A stretch of 64,000 nucleotides of DNA from Candidatus Saccharimonadota bacterium. GTDB taxonomy: Bacteria; Patescibacteriota; Saccharimonadia; Saccharimonadales; UBA4665. Of this stretch, positions 1-10,806 are shown piece after piece. The DNA lies in contig DAINPB010000004.1 of assembly GCA_036743655.1 (NCBI GenBank), positions 15,788 through 79,787 on the forward strand, read 5' to 3'. Under the pieces are notes generated by a model that had not been told where the DNA came from, did no database searches, and worked only from the letters and a program-made list of their open reading frames with translations. Position 1 is the first letter of the stretch; each line of letters starts with the position of its first letter. Position numbers and translations under genes: made by a program.

Positions 1-242
1 TGACCCATTCTAAAGAGGTCAATTCGCCATAGTGGGCTGCCATCGTCGCCAGTTGATCCGGGCTCGCCTCGGACTGCGCCGAAGGGTTCAATGTAGTCTG
101 GCCCTTTTGCTACCCTGGAGAGCACGCCAAAGGGCCGCTCGAGGGTTGCTAGCGGTAGCTCCGCGCGGGCTATAAAAGCGTAGCTGATAATTCCGGTGTC
201 TCTGATGCCTTCCTCGGGTACCACTGCTAAAATCTCGGCCAT
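1..242 (-). CDS. hypothetical protein, N-terminal part only (ORF runs off the left edge)
   Basis: Own minus-strand reading: ATG at 242-240 with AGGAG 5 nt upstream, then 80 sense codons (MAEILAVVPEEGIRDTGIISYAF...) with no stop before position 1. Absent from the ORF track because no stop lies in the window. Confidence 0.4.
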   Translation of the reverse strand, partial: MAEILAVVPEEGIRDTGIISYAFIARAELPLATLERPFGVLSRVAKGPDYIEPFGAVRGEPGSTGDDGSPLWRIDLFRMG

Positions 243-305
243 ACCTACTCCTAAACCTATATTTAGGATGATTTTACCCTAAAACCCGCCTAAAAGCAAC
301 TCAGC

Positions 306-734
306 CTAGCGTCGTTGGTGACGGCGCTTCAGGCCAGCGACCTGCAGACGGACTTCTTGACGATCAACAATGCTTTGGGCGTGCTCCAGGCTTATTTGAT
401 CCTTGGCTTCGACTTTCATCTTCTGGGCTCGTTCGAGCGCTTTTTGGGCTTCTGCCTCGTTAATCTCATCAGCATGATCAGCCTCATCGACCAGTACGCG
501 CAGAGTGTTATTGGACACTTCAACCACGCCGCCATTAGTGGCGAAGTGCTCGAGTTGGGCGTCAGAATCTTTGGGGTTGCGGCGCACGGCAATTGCGCCC
601 GTGGTAGCTACACTGACCAGTGGCATGTGATCTTGCAAGACGCCGATCTGGCCATCCAGCGTCGGCAGGATAACCTCATAGACTTCTTCGTCGAACTTCT
701 TGCCGCTCAAGGCGACCAGCTGGAAGTGAATCAC
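306..734 (-). CDS. atpC: F0F1 ATP synthase subunit epsilon
   Basis: 142-aa ORF 2 nt downstream of atpD. Typical epsilon N-terminal sequence (GKKFDEEVYEVILPTLDGQIGVLQDHMPLV) and helical C-terminus. Operon position fits. Confidence 0.92.
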   Translation of the reverse strand: MIHFQLVALSGKKFDEEVYEVILPTLDGQIGVLQDHMPLVSVATTGAIAVRRNPKDSDAQLEHFATNGGVVEVSNNTLRVLVDEADHADEINEAEAQKALERAQKMKVEAKDQISLEHAQSIVDRQEVRLQVAGLKRRHQRR

Positions 735-736
735 GC

Positions 737-2429
<1,693 letters not shown>

Positions 2430-2453
2430 AGATCACTCCTTTCTCATCAAAAT

Positions 2454-2918
2454 TCATACCTGCACCTCCGCGCCGCCCGAAGTTTCGGCTAATCTCTTCT
2501 TTATAATATCGATATCGTTGCCAAACACGACAATTTCCACGCCTTTGACAACTTGGCCTACTTCGGTTCGTTCATCCACGAGCTCAATCGGCTGCGTTCG
2601 GTCTTCGCCCAATTCGTAATAGCCGACATCCTCCAGCGCCCACTGGCTAAACACCGGTTTTCCTAGCTTTGCCACAGCATTAACGCCGTTCAGAATGACG
2701 CGGTCCCAGCCTGCAAAATCCTTAACATTCATAGCGCCCACCAGCAGACCACCAATGTCGCGCATACTTTCTTCGTACCTAGTGGTTGGCTGATGCGTGA
2801 AGTCTTCTACATTAAGCCCATTATGTTCCAAAGCATCCCACCAAAATGTAGCCAAACAAAGACGTGAAATAGCAGCATCAGGAGAGCGAGAGGTAATTAG
2901 CCCGATCTTTTCACTCAT
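2454..2918 (-). CDS. hypothetical protein embedded in the atp operon, ending in a gamma-subunit-like tail (LAETSGGAEVQV)
   Basis: 154-aa ORF. Its ATG (2918-2916) overlaps the stop of the upstream ORF as ATGA. The C-terminus mimics the AtpG C-terminus LAEISGGAEALNG. Confidence 0.6.
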   Translation of the reverse strand: MSEKIGLITSRSPDAAISRLCLATFWWDALEHNGLNVEDFTHQPTTRYEESMRDIGGLLVGAMNVKDFAGWDRVILNGVNAVAKLGKPVFSQWALEDVGYYELGEDRTQPIELVDERTEVGQVVKGVEIVVFGNDIDIIKKRLAETSGGAEVQV

Positions 2919-3127
2919 CCGTTCAATGCCTCCGCGCCACTCATTCGTGGATCATTATTAATCAAATCCTGAGCAACCGGCTCCAGATACCACAGACTGT
3001 CTGGATGACAGCCGACATTGATGGCGATAGAACCCAGCATATCTTCGACGGTAACAACTTCGGGTTGGAAATCAAATAACGCTTCGACTAGATAATCGGC
3101 TGGCTCGAGGGACTTTATATCAACCAT
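2915..3127 (-). CDS. small hypothetical protein embedded in the atp operon, ending in a gamma-subunit-like tail (SGAEALNG)
   Basis: The ORF track gives 2915..3202 (95 aa). I prefer the internal ATG at 3127, which overlaps the atpG stop (AATGGTTGA) and gives 70 aa (MVDIKSLEPADYL...). The last 8 residues are identical to the AtpG C-terminus apart from one missing Gly. Confidence 0.5.
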   Translation of the reverse strand: MVDIKSLEPADYLVEALFDFQPEVVTVEDMLGSIAINVGCHPDSLWYLEPVAQDLINNDPRMSGAEALNG

Positions 3128-3986
3128 TGAGGGCCTCCGCACCACCTGAAATTTCGGCCAGCTGCTGGGTGATGTCCGCTTGACGTGCGGTGTTGAGCTC
3201 AAGCGTGTAGTCTTTGATCAGGTCGTTGGCATTGTCGGTGGCATTCTTGGTGGCCACCATGCGCATGGCGTGTTCGGAGGCTAGGCTTTCTAGCACCGCT
3301 TGCCAGATTTGAGCCTCGACGAGACGTGTGGTGACCTGTTCGATAACGGTTTCGACATCGGGCTCAAAGTTGCTGATAGCTGGTGCATCTGCATCGGCTG
3401 CTGGTGCCGGAGCGGGCAAGAGCTGTAAGCTCTGCGATTCCTGCACAATAGTAGATTTGAAAACAGTGTAGAGCACCTGGACATCGTCGACAGCGCCTGA
3501 CTCATACTGCTCGATAACGGTGTTCAGGATTGGTCGGATGTCATTGGCGGTCGGGTGATCACCGAATGGCTGATAGGCCGCTAACAGATCAACATCGTGC
3601 AGGCGACGGACGAATTGAGCGCCTTTGCTGCCAATGGTAATCACATGACTCTTAACCTTATCGTCGCGGTCACGGCGCAGGCCGGTGGTCAGCAGCTTCA
3701 GCGTATTGGCATTATAGGCACCTGCTAGGCCGGTGTTACTGGTCACAATGATGTAGAGGCGATTCTTGATCGGGCGTTTGCGGAATAACGGCTGCTGCTC
3801 AACCTCACCAATAGCGTTGAGCCGCTTCAGTAGGTCATAGGCCAAATCGCGGTAATCACGACTGCGCTGCGCATACTCCTGGGCACGCCGCAGCTTACTA
3901 GCCGAAACCAGCTCCATAGCCTTAGTAATCTGTCGCGTACTGCGAACAGAGCTAATACGGCGTTTGAGGACAATGGTGCTAGCCAC
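3120..3986 (-). CDS. atpG: F0F1 ATP synthase subunit gamma
   Basis: 288 aa with a GTG start. Typical gamma N-terminus (RRISSVRSTRQITKAMELVSASKLRRAQ) and C-terminal helix (ADITQQLAEISGGAEALNG). Confidence 0.93.
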   Translation of the reverse strand: MASTIVLKRRISSVRSTRQITKAMELVSASKLRRAQEYAQRSRDYRDLAYDLLKRLNAIGEVEQQPLFRKRPIKNRLYIIVTSNTGLAGAYNANTLKLLTTGLRRDRDDKVKSHVITIGSKGAQFVRRLHDVDLLAAYQPFGDHPTANDIRPILNTVIEQYESGAVDDVQVLYTVFKSTIVQESQSLQLLPAPAPAADADAPAISNFEPDVETVIEQVTTRLVEAQIWQAVLESLASEHAMRMVATKNATDNANDLIKDYTLELNTARQADITQQLAEISGGAEALNG

Positions 3987-4479
3987 GTCGCTCCTTTGTA
4001 GCCTGTACTTCTTGGCTGTATGTCCGGATAGCCTCCAACTCCCTCATTGCCATCGCGAAGGTTAGCGGTGGCGTCATGCCTGCTGGCCACTGGGCATCAG
4101 GAAGTTCAAGCGCCCTCATGAGCGGCCGAAACCATCCACTAACAGCGAGCTGAGCTACCTTATAAGCATACTGCGGCGCGGAATCGAAGGGCATATTTAT
4201 GCCCTCATCCACGGTCGTCTCCAGTCTTTTATTGGCAAATGTAGCTGGAAGCGATTCATGATCACTTCGAAACTTCAGGGCGATATACGAGCAGATATCA
4301 CCGGCCAGCCAGTCATTTTTTTTGAGCCGTTCTTTCAAGGCTATGATTTGCTCATCCGTTAGCCGTTCTGGATCATCTTCGTTCAGCGGCGCTAGCACGA
4401 ATTCTGACGTCCACCAGGCAAGACTGTCAGGCGTATTTCCGTCTCTTATACTTATAACCGCTGGTAATATTTCACTCAT
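3979..4479 (-). CDS. hypothetical protein inserted between atpA and atpG (166 aa)
   Basis: ORF track. Same strand as the operon. Its TAG overlaps the atpG GTG start by 8 nt and its 3' end contains the atpG SD (AAGGAG). No domain recognised. Confidence 0.55.
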   Translation of the reverse strand: MSEILPAVISIRDGNTPDSLAWWTSEFVLAPLNEDDPERLTDEQIIALKERLKKNDWLAGDICSYIALKFRSDHESLPATFANKRLETTVDEGINMPFDSAPQYAYKVAQLAVSGWFRPLMRALELPDAQWPAGMTPPLTFAMAMRELEAIRTYSQEVQATKERRG

Positions 4480-4506
4480 AGCTAAACTCTTGAGCTTTCT
4501 CCCACC

Positions 4507-6057
4507 TTATTGCGCTACCTTAGGTTTGGCCGTCTTGTAGGTCTCAGCGATAGCTTTGGCGACCTGGAGGACGGTTTCGTTCTGGGGATCGGTGGGTTTA
4601 TCACCGGTGTTGAGCTCTTCTGTTAGCTTGGCGTGCTTGCTCTTGAGCTCGCGGTGCAGGGCTTCTTCGGCGGGTTTGATCTTCTCTATTGGTACTTCGT
4701 CGAACGCGCCTTGGGTGGCGGCATACAGGCTGGTGTACATTTCCCAAACTGAGTAAGGGCTGTACTGGTGCTGCTTGAGCAGTTCGGTCAGGCGTTGGCC
4801 GCGCTCGATGGTGTGACGAGTTTCCGGATCCAGATCAGTCGAGAATTGGCTGAAAGCCGCCAGCTCACGGAACTGCGCTAGACTCAACTTCAAACCACCG
4901 CCGGCGGCCTTGATGGCCTTGGTCTGGGCAGCACCACCCACACGCGACACCGACAGACCAACCGAAATAGCCGGGCGAATACCCTGGTAGAACAGATTGG
5001 TTTCGAGGAAAATCTGACCATCGGTAATCGAAATAACGTTGGTTGGAATGTATGCGCTGATGTCGCCAGCCTGCGTCTCAATAATCGGCAGCGCGGTCAG
5101 TGAACCAGCACCGAGCTTATCGCTCAGCTTAGCAGCACGTTCCAGCAAACGAGAGTGCAGGTAGAAAACATCGCCTGGATAAGCTTCGCGGCCTGGTGGG
5201 CGGCGCAGCAATAGTGACATTTGACGATAGGCCGCAGCGTGCTTGGTCAAGTCATCGTAAATGATGAGGGCATGCTGCTTGTTGTCACGGAAGTACTCAC
5301 CCATGGCGCAGCCAGCATAGGGCGCTAGGAAGAGCAGGGCGGCTGGATCAGCGGGGCTGGTAGCGATGATGATGGTTTGATCCATGACGCCTTCGCGCTT
5401 CAGACGCTCTTGGAGGGCTGCAATCTTGGATAGCTTCTGGCCAATGGCTACGTAGACGTTGATGACGCCGGTTTTCTGGCGGGCCTGGTTGACCATGGTA
5501 TCGACGGCAATGGCCGTTTTGCCGGTCTGGCGGTCACCGATGATCAATTCACGCTGGCCGCGGCCGATTGGCACGATGGCGTCAATGGCAGTCAAACCGG
5601 TCATCAACGGCTCATGCACACTCTTACGAGCCAATACATCGGGGGCTTGGCGCTCGACACGGCTGGTGAGCTTGGCCTTGATAGGATCGCCGCCGTCCAA
5701 GGGATTACCCAGCGGGTCGACTACACGGCCGACTAGCTCTGGGCCAACGGGGACTTCGAGTACTTTGCCGCTGAGGCGAACGGTGGCACCGGCTTTAACT
5801 TCGGTGTCTTCACCGAGTAGCACGGCGCCGATTTCGTCCTCGCCGAGGCTGAGGGCAAAGGCAGTGACTTTTTGGCCGTTAACACCGTCGATTTCGAGCA
5901 TTTCGTTATAACCGGCGGCGCTGAGGCCGTAAATCCAGGCCACGCCGTCACCGACGCGGGTAACTACGCCGACGCTTTCAATCTCCGGTCGCTGTTTGAG
6001 CTCGGCAATAGCCGCCCGGATATCATCTGATAATTCTGTAATTGATAGTTCTGGCAC
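4507..6057 (-). CDS. atpA: F0F1 ATP synthase subunit alpha
   Basis: 516 aa with Walker A GDRQTGKT. Full-length F1-alpha-like sequence. Confidence 0.97.
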   Translation of the reverse strand: MPELSITELSDDIRAAIAELKQRPEIESVGVVTRVGDGVAWIYGLSAAGYNEMLEIDGVNGQKVTAFALSLGEDEIGAVLLGEDTEVKAGATVRLSGKVLEVPVGPELVGRVVDPLGNPLDGGDPIKAKLTSRVERQAPDVLARKSVHEPLMTGLTAIDAIVPIGRGQRELIIGDRQTGKTAIAVDTMVNQARQKTGVINVYVAIGQKLSKIAALQERLKREGVMDQTIIIATSPADPAALLFLAPYAGCAMGEYFRDNKQHALIIYDDLTKHAAAYRQMSLLLRRPPGREAYPGDVFYLHSRLLERAAKLSDKLGAGSLTALPIIETQAGDISAYIPTNVISITDGQIFLETNLFYQGIRPAISVGLSVSRVGGAAQTKAIKAAGGGLKLSLAQFRELAAFSQFSTDLDPETRHTIERGQRLTELLKQHQYSPYSVWEMYTSLYAATQGAFDEVPIEKIKPAEEALHRELKSKHAKLTEELNTGDKPTDPQNETVLQVAKAIAETYKTAKPKVAQ

Positions 6058-6464
6058 TAAAAATCCTTTCCTGAAGCGGTTAACTGCTTGAACTTGTTTA
6101 ATTTGGCTTCGATGCTAAGGTCGAGCTGCTGGTTTGGTAGGCTTAGCTGCACACCCCCGATGACTGCCGGGTCGATTGCCTCAGTGATAGCTATCTGTTT
6201 GGCCTCAGGATAAAGCTTCCTTATCTGGCTCACGATGTCGTGCTTGACAGCCGCCGTCAGTGGATAAGCGCTGGAGGCGATCACTTCGACGTAACCGGCT
6301 TCGGCCCAGTCGGCCTGGACATCGCGCAGAACAGAGTCCAGCTCGTTGACACGGCGTTCGCTGAGCAGGTAGGCGGCGATTTCTTGGCTGAAGCGCTTGG
6401 AAACACCACTCTTCAGGGTTTTGTCAGCAATAGCGCTGGCGATTTTGGTGCGGGGCTGCTTCAT
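6057..6464 (-). CDS. atpH: F0F1 ATP synthase subunit delta (OSCP), short form
   Basis: 135-aa ORF between atpF and atpA, overlapping both neighbours by 1-4 nt. Assigned from operon position and a delta-like C-terminal part. Confidence 0.8.
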   Translation of the reverse strand: MKQPRTKIASAIADKTLKSGVSKRFSQEIAAYLLSERRVNELDSVLRDVQADWAEAGYVEVIASSAYPLTAAVKHDIVSQIRKLYPEAKQIAITEAIDPAVIGGVQLSLPNQQLDLSIEAKLNKFKQLTASGKDF

Positions 6465-6997
6465 GCCGCTTGCCGCTCCTTGAGGGCGCGTTCGATTAAG
6501 GCAGCGTCCTTCTTGGCGTCAACTTTCTCGTCGATAACTGCTTCGGTAACATCGGAGATTAAGCCTACTAGTTCGCCTTCTAACTGCTTGCGAGCACGAG
6601 CCGTGTCTTGGACTATCCGCGACTCGGCGTCTTTTAAGATACCGGTGGCTTTGTCGCGAGCCTTGTCTTCGGCTTCACGGATGGTCTGACGACCGGTATC
6701 TTGGGCGCTGGCGATAATGCTGTCGGCTTCTTGTCGGGTTTCTTGCAAGGTTTTGGCAACCTTGGCTTCCAGCTCGGTTTTTTCGCGCTGCATCTGTTCG
6801 CCAAGCTTCACTCCCTGGTCAATCGCCTCGCGCCGCTCGCGCAACACCTTAATAATCGGCCCGAACGCATAGCGCCGCAGCACCAGGTAAGCCAAGATAA
6901 AGGTAATCAGCTGAATAACAAACGCCTTACCATCAACGCCAAGGGCGCCAAGGCCAGACGAACTATCGCCGAATTGTGTAAGTAGAGTATGTGTCAT
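6461..6997 (-). CDS. atpF: F0F1 ATP synthase subunit b
   Basis: 178 aa with one N-terminal TM helix (FVIQLITFILAYLVL) followed by a long charged helix. Operon position fits. Confidence 0.85.
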   Translation of the reverse strand: MTHTLLTQFGDSSSGLGALGVDGKAFVIQLITFILAYLVLRRYAFGPIIKVLRERREAIDQGVKLGEQMQREKTELEAKVAKTLQETRQEADSIIASAQDTGRQTIREAEDKARDKATGILKDAESRIVQDTARARKQLEGELVGLISDVTEAVIDEKVDAKKDAALIERALKERQAA

Positions 6998-7149
6998 GCT
7001 GTTGTGTTGCTTAGCTCCCGGTACAGGGACGTTTGTAGATGCGTGCAGTTTGGCGAAATGTCGAGCACCGCAAAGGAGCCGTACTCAGTGGTACGGTGAG
7101 TGCGGAGCGCAGAGATTACGTCAAAATGTGCCATATACAAACGTTCCTC

Positions 7150-7377
7150 CTATTTAACGATGAAGATTGATGCGAAGGCTAATAGACCAAATAACTCTAC
7201 AATAGCCACAAAGATCAGGGCTTGTCCCAAGAATTTAGCCGCCTCCGGATTACGCCCCACGGCCTGCAAGTAGTTGCCGCCGATCAGACCAATGCCAATG
7301 CCCGGCCCGATAAAACCGCCACCGATCATGAGCCCCTTACCAATAATTGCTGTGTTAACTGCGTCTGCGATTACCAT
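7150..7377 (-). CDS. atpE: F0F1 ATP synthase subunit c
   Basis: 75-aa hairpin proteolipid with a Gly-rich helix 1 (GGGFIGPGIGIGLIGG), the RNPE loop and a carboxylate in helix 2 (VAIVELFGL). Confidence 0.92.
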   Translation of the reverse strand: MVIADAVNTAIIGKGLMIGGGFIGPGIGIGLIGGNYLQAVGRNPEAAKFLGQALIFVAIVELFGLLAFASIFIVK

Positions 7378-7433
7378 ATTATTCGCTTAACTCCTTATAT
7401 TTACTTGCGTTATTACTTCGTTCCAAACCAAAC

Positions 7434-8297
7434 TTAAGCCTGCCCATGCACACTCCCGGTTGTTGGTACCCCTATTGTTTCAGGAACATCATCTTCGGTC
7501 AAGTCCTCGTCGGCAGCGTGTTCCTCCGCATGGTTAACCGCGATAGCCAAGTACATGGTGGCCAAGATAGTGAAGATATACGCCTGCAAGGCCGCTACCA
7601 GTATCTCTAACAGAGTAAACGGCAGAGCAGTCAACGGCGCAATAACGTGACCCAGATACGAGAAGACGGCAATTACAATCTCACCAATCGTTATATTCAG
7701 GAAAAGTCGCAGCGACAAGCTGAGCACCCGAGTTAGGTCAGTAAACATTTCGAGCAGCCCGATGACGAAATACAGAGGATTCTTAGGACTCCCCACGAAG
7801 AAATGACGCAAATACTTCAGCGGGCCACCAGCCTCCCTGATAGAAGCGCCGTAGACCAATGTCATCGTAACCACCCCGAGCGCCAGCGTGCCGTTGAGAT
7901 CACCGGTGAACGGTCGTAGCAGCGGGAAACCATGCCCTCGGAAGCCTTCGCCGACAATCGGTAATAGCCCGAGCCAGTTATTGAAGAGAATAAAGAAAAA
8001 CAGTGTCACGAAGAAAGGCACATACTTGCGTCCCACTTCCTTATTATCAAAAGCGTTCTCTACCAGATTAGTGATGAAATCAACGCCGACTTCGACAACC
8101 TGCACAAAACCGCCTTTGGGCTTAACCGTCACCCGGCGCGCCGTCCAAACAAACACTATGATAATAAACAGGGCGCAAGCCCAACCGTACAGTATAGAGT
8201 TGGTAACAGTAAAACCGCCCAGTTGCAGCACATGAGCCGGCGCCACATGAACTGTCGGGCCGCTGTCGGCTAGGGTGCGTAGTACTGCACTGATCAC
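7434..8297 (-). CDS. atpB: F0F1 ATP synthase subunit a
   Basis: 287-aa polytopic protein with the conserved Arg region (LSLSLRLFLNITIGE). GTG start overlaps the upstream ORF. Confidence 0.92.
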   Translation of the reverse strand: MISAVLRTLADSGPTVHVAPAHVLQLGGFTVTNSILYGWACALFIIIVFVWTARRVTVKPKGGFVQVVEVGVDFITNLVENAFDNKEVGRKYVPFFVTLFFFILFNNWLGLLPIVGEGFRGHGFPLLRPFTGDLNGTLALGVVTMTLVYGASIREAGGPLKYLRHFFVGSPKNPLYFVIGLLEMFTDLTRVLSLSLRLFLNITIGEIVIAVFSYLGHVIAPLTALPFTLLEILVAALQAYIFTILATMYLAIAVNHAEEHAADEDLTEDDVPETIGVPTTGSVHGQA

Positions 8298-8611
8298 GAG
8301 CGATGTCCTTTGCTACTAGGTGGTAAAGGCGGGCTGAACAGCTGTAACTGTCGCCAAACAACGGCGCCCATACCGACCATGGCCATCACGAAACCGACAA
8401 TTGTCAGAGCGGGCAGGGTATTAAGTTTCTTGTCCAGCTCAAAGCCGCCAATAATCGGTACCAGGACTACAATCGCTAATTGCCAGCTCATATTAAAAGC
8501 TGCTGCAAAGAACTCATTCCGCGGGTCTTTGCCACGTCCCACCGCTGTATCTGGCTTCGTTTCTCCACCGTTTGGCGAGGGCGTCTTGCTGGGCGCTATC
8601 GTCTTCTTCAT
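8294..8611 (-). CDS. AtpI/AtpZ-like small membrane protein (first gene of the atp operon)
   Basis: The ORF track gives 8294..8620 with a TTG start. The ATG at 8611 (MKKTIAPS...) lies 8 nt after a TATACT -10 box. Two TM helices. Position upstream of atpB is typical of AtpI/AtpZ. Confidence 0.55.
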   Translation of the reverse strand: MKKTIAPSKTPSPNGGETKPDTAVGRGKDPRNEFFAAAFNMSWQLAIVVLVPIIGGFELDKKLNTLPALTIVGFVMAMVGMGAVVWRQLQLFSPPLPPSSKGHRS

Positions 8612-8619
8612 TCTTCTCA

Positions 8620-8649
8620 AGTATAACAGATGTGACCTATATCACGCAA
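8620..8649 (-). promoter_or_regulatory. putative atp operon promoter
   Basis: Minus strand reads TTGCGT (8649-8644), an 18-nt spacer, TATACT (8625-8620), then 8 nt to the ATG at 8611. Confidence 0.45.
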
Positions 8650-8703
8650 GAGGTGCGACGTACTTGCCAATAATTCGTCACTTCGAGCAGCTACCTTGCA
8701 GAC

Positions 8704-9333
8704 TTACTTCTCTGATTGGGGAATATTCGATATGGCGTAATTCTGTCCGGCGAACTTGCAATACACGACGTTGGAGGGGATTTTGGTATGCGGGAGGATT
8801 CTTTGTATATATTGGTCGCTCGAGACAGCACTAGTGAATTTGCAACTATCGATTGGCAATATCTGCACGACGGGCACGGGGAGCTCAGCAGCACTCCACG
8901 CGGAACCACCAAAAACAGCAGCGACACAGAGTAGGCCGAACCTGTATCTGCGCGCCTTCTTGGTGATACGCTCGTGTCTTTTTGTCGCCTCTGGCGTCCG
9001 AGCCAGGTCAAACACTGCGTCAAAACGAGATCCTTCTGGGCCGAGCAATCGCTTGTCGACCACTTCTAGACTTTCCAGCAGTTGATCCTCGCGAGTTATA
9101 TGTTGCGTACCTACATCCGTCGGTGCGAAAGGCGACTTTCCTAAGTAATAATACGCATCGGTTTCAACGGTTGCGTAGCCCGGTTCGTCAACCGGTGTTA
9201 ACGTATCGGCCGGTACAGCCACCTTGTCTTGTCGTTTGCTGTAAACCCGCTCGCGAACTTGCGGCGAGAAAGCCACTTCGTCCTCGCGTACCGGTGTTCG
9301 GGCGTCGAGCCATTTTTCAATTCGTTGTGCCAT
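8704..9333 (-). CDS. hypothetical membrane-anchored protein
   Basis: The ORF track gives 8704..9390. The ATG at 9333 (MAQRIEKW...) has an AGGGAG SD 7 nt upstream. One TM segment (FGLLCVAAVFGGSAW). Confidence 0.55.
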   Translation of the reverse strand: MAQRIEKWLDARTPVREDEVAFSPQVRERVYSKRQDKVAVPADTLTPVDEPGYATVETDAYYYLGKSPFAPTDVGTQHITREDQLLESLEVVDKRLLGPEGSRFDAVFDLARTPEATKRHERITKKARRYRFGLLCVAAVFGGSAWSAAELPVPVVQILPIDSCKFTSAVSSDQYIQRILPHTKIPSNVVYCKFAGQNYAISNIPQSEK

Positions 9334-9456
9334 ACTACTGCTCCCTGATCTATTTGTAGCGATAATACACTTTTTGTAAGGAGTAAACAAAAGCGTATTT
9401 GATCTTATCCCTCGGTTTCTACTTTACAAAGTATAGTGCTAAAATATATACAGATT

Positions 9457-9714
9457 ATGAGCACCGCAGCCCCAGCCATTACCGTCTACAGCACCACCTG
9501 GTGCGCTTTCTGCCATGCAGCCAAGGATTACTTCGATAAACTCGGGGTCAAATACACGGACAAAGATGTCGAAAAAGACCCCGCCGCCGGCCTAGAAGCC
9601 GTCGACAAATCCGGCCAACGCGGCATCCCCGTCATCGACATTGCCGGTGACATCATTGTCGGCTTCGATCGCGGCAAGATTGACGCCGCCCTTAAGACGC
9701 ACAAGCTAGCTTAA
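9457..9714 (+). CDS. glutaredoxin-like / NrdH-like redoxin
   Basis: CxxC motif (TWCAFCH) in a thioredoxin-fold context (ITVYS...GIPVIDIAGDIIVGFD). ATG at 9457 preferred over the upstream GTG at 9436. Confidence 0.8.
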   Translation: MSTAAPAITVYSTTWCAFCHAAKDYFDKLGVKYTDKDVEKDPAAGLEAVDKSGQRGIPVIDIAGDIIVGFDRGKIDAALKTHKLA

Positions 9715-10002
9715 TACTTCATACTCCTGGATATTTCTGGCGACCTTCGGCCGCTACACGTGCTCCCTCGATGGCAGCTTCTCCGCAAAAATCCTTGAGT
9801 CTCTGGTCGCGAAAACCATCCTCAAACTCACTAACGTCCATTACTGCGCAGGAGCTGCTCTCCCCAGGGGTAACTTGCGCTTCATCAATCGTCAAAATAT
9901 GTGGCGCCTCAGGCGGTAGCGAAGCAGCTAATTCTATTGTTCCCCGGTTAAGTCATTCGTTTGCCATAATTAATTATCCTCTCTTAGCAGTTGTTGCGTT
10001 AA

Positions 10003-10191
10003 TCAGCCCTCGCCGTCTGACGGCAGAGAAGGACCATATAGGCGTTCGAACTCCTCAACCTCGGTGGCAGTCGCTGGACGACTTCCATTCCGCCGGTGCA
10101 CATCACTCATGACCGTATAAGTAGGTTCCACTTCAGCCGGTGATTCGGCCTCTGGTTGGAACACTGATCCCGAAGTCTCTCCATTTGCCAT
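10003..10191 (-). CDS. small acidic hypothetical protein
   Basis: 62-aa ORF with a GAGGA SD 7 nt upstream of the ATG. No similarity recognised. Confidence 0.35.
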   Translation of the reverse strand: MANGETSGSVFQPEAESPAEVEPTYTVMSDVHRRNGSRPATATEVEEFERLYGPSLPSDGEG

Positions 10192-10236
10192 GACAATATC
10201 CTCGTTTATCTACGGGTATAGTACCATAATAAGACT

Positions 10237-10806
10237 ATGGCATTTGAGGATTTTCAGACCAAGGATTCGGTGGTGGTGGTTTATACCGGAGAGGGGAAGG
10301 GCAAGACGACGGCGTCGCTGGGGCTGATGACGCGGGCGCTTGGCAATCGGTGGCGCGTGGCGTTTATCCAGTTCATTAAGTACTGGGGAGTTAGTGAGCA
10401 TGTCTTCATCCGCGATATTCAGCCGTTATTTAAAGATCAGCTGCACTTCTACAAGGGTGGCAAAGGCTTTTATCAAGCGGGTGAACTGAGCGAACAGCAC
10501 ATCACCAAGGAGCAACACCACCAGGCCGCGCTGGCCACCTACCAAGAAGCACTCGACTGTGTGTCCAGCGGCGAATATGATTTGGTCATCTGTGACGAAA
10601 TCAACAATGCGGTCAATGATGGCTTGCTTAGCAAGAAACAACTGCAGCAGCTTATCGCCCAACGTACTTCACAGACCAGCCTCTGTCTCACCGGCCGTGA
10701 TTTCCCCCCGGAACTACTCAAGTACGTAGACATCGCCACCGAGATGAAGAAGCTCAAACATCACTTCGATGATAAATTCCTGGCGAATAAGGGGATCGAC
10801 TTCTAG
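10237..10806 (+). CDS. cobO: cob(I)yrinic acid a,c-diamide (corrinoid) adenosyltransferase, CobO/BtuR family
   Basis: P-loop GEGKGKTTASLG, plus FIQFIK, CDEINNAV and LTGRDFPPELLKYVDIATEM. These are hallmarks of the family. Confidence 0.85.
   Translation: MAFEDFQTKDSVVVVYTGEGKGKTTASLGLMTRALGNRWRVAFIQFIKYWGVSEHVFIRDIQPLFKDQLHFYKGGKGFYQAGELSEQHITKEQHHQAALATYQEALDCVSSGEYDLVICDEINNAVNDGLLSKKQLQQLIAQRTSQTSLCLTGRDFPPELLKYVDIATEMKKLKHHFDDKFLANKGIDF

Noticed and set aside
9771-10112. 113-aa plus-strand ORF between the glutaredoxin-like gene and cobO.
   Set aside because: It has no promoter or SD and a Ser/Pro-rich composition, and it overlaps the better-supported minus ORF at 10003-10191. A roughly 58-codon acidic minus-strand ORF at about 9745-9920 is possible but too weak to report.
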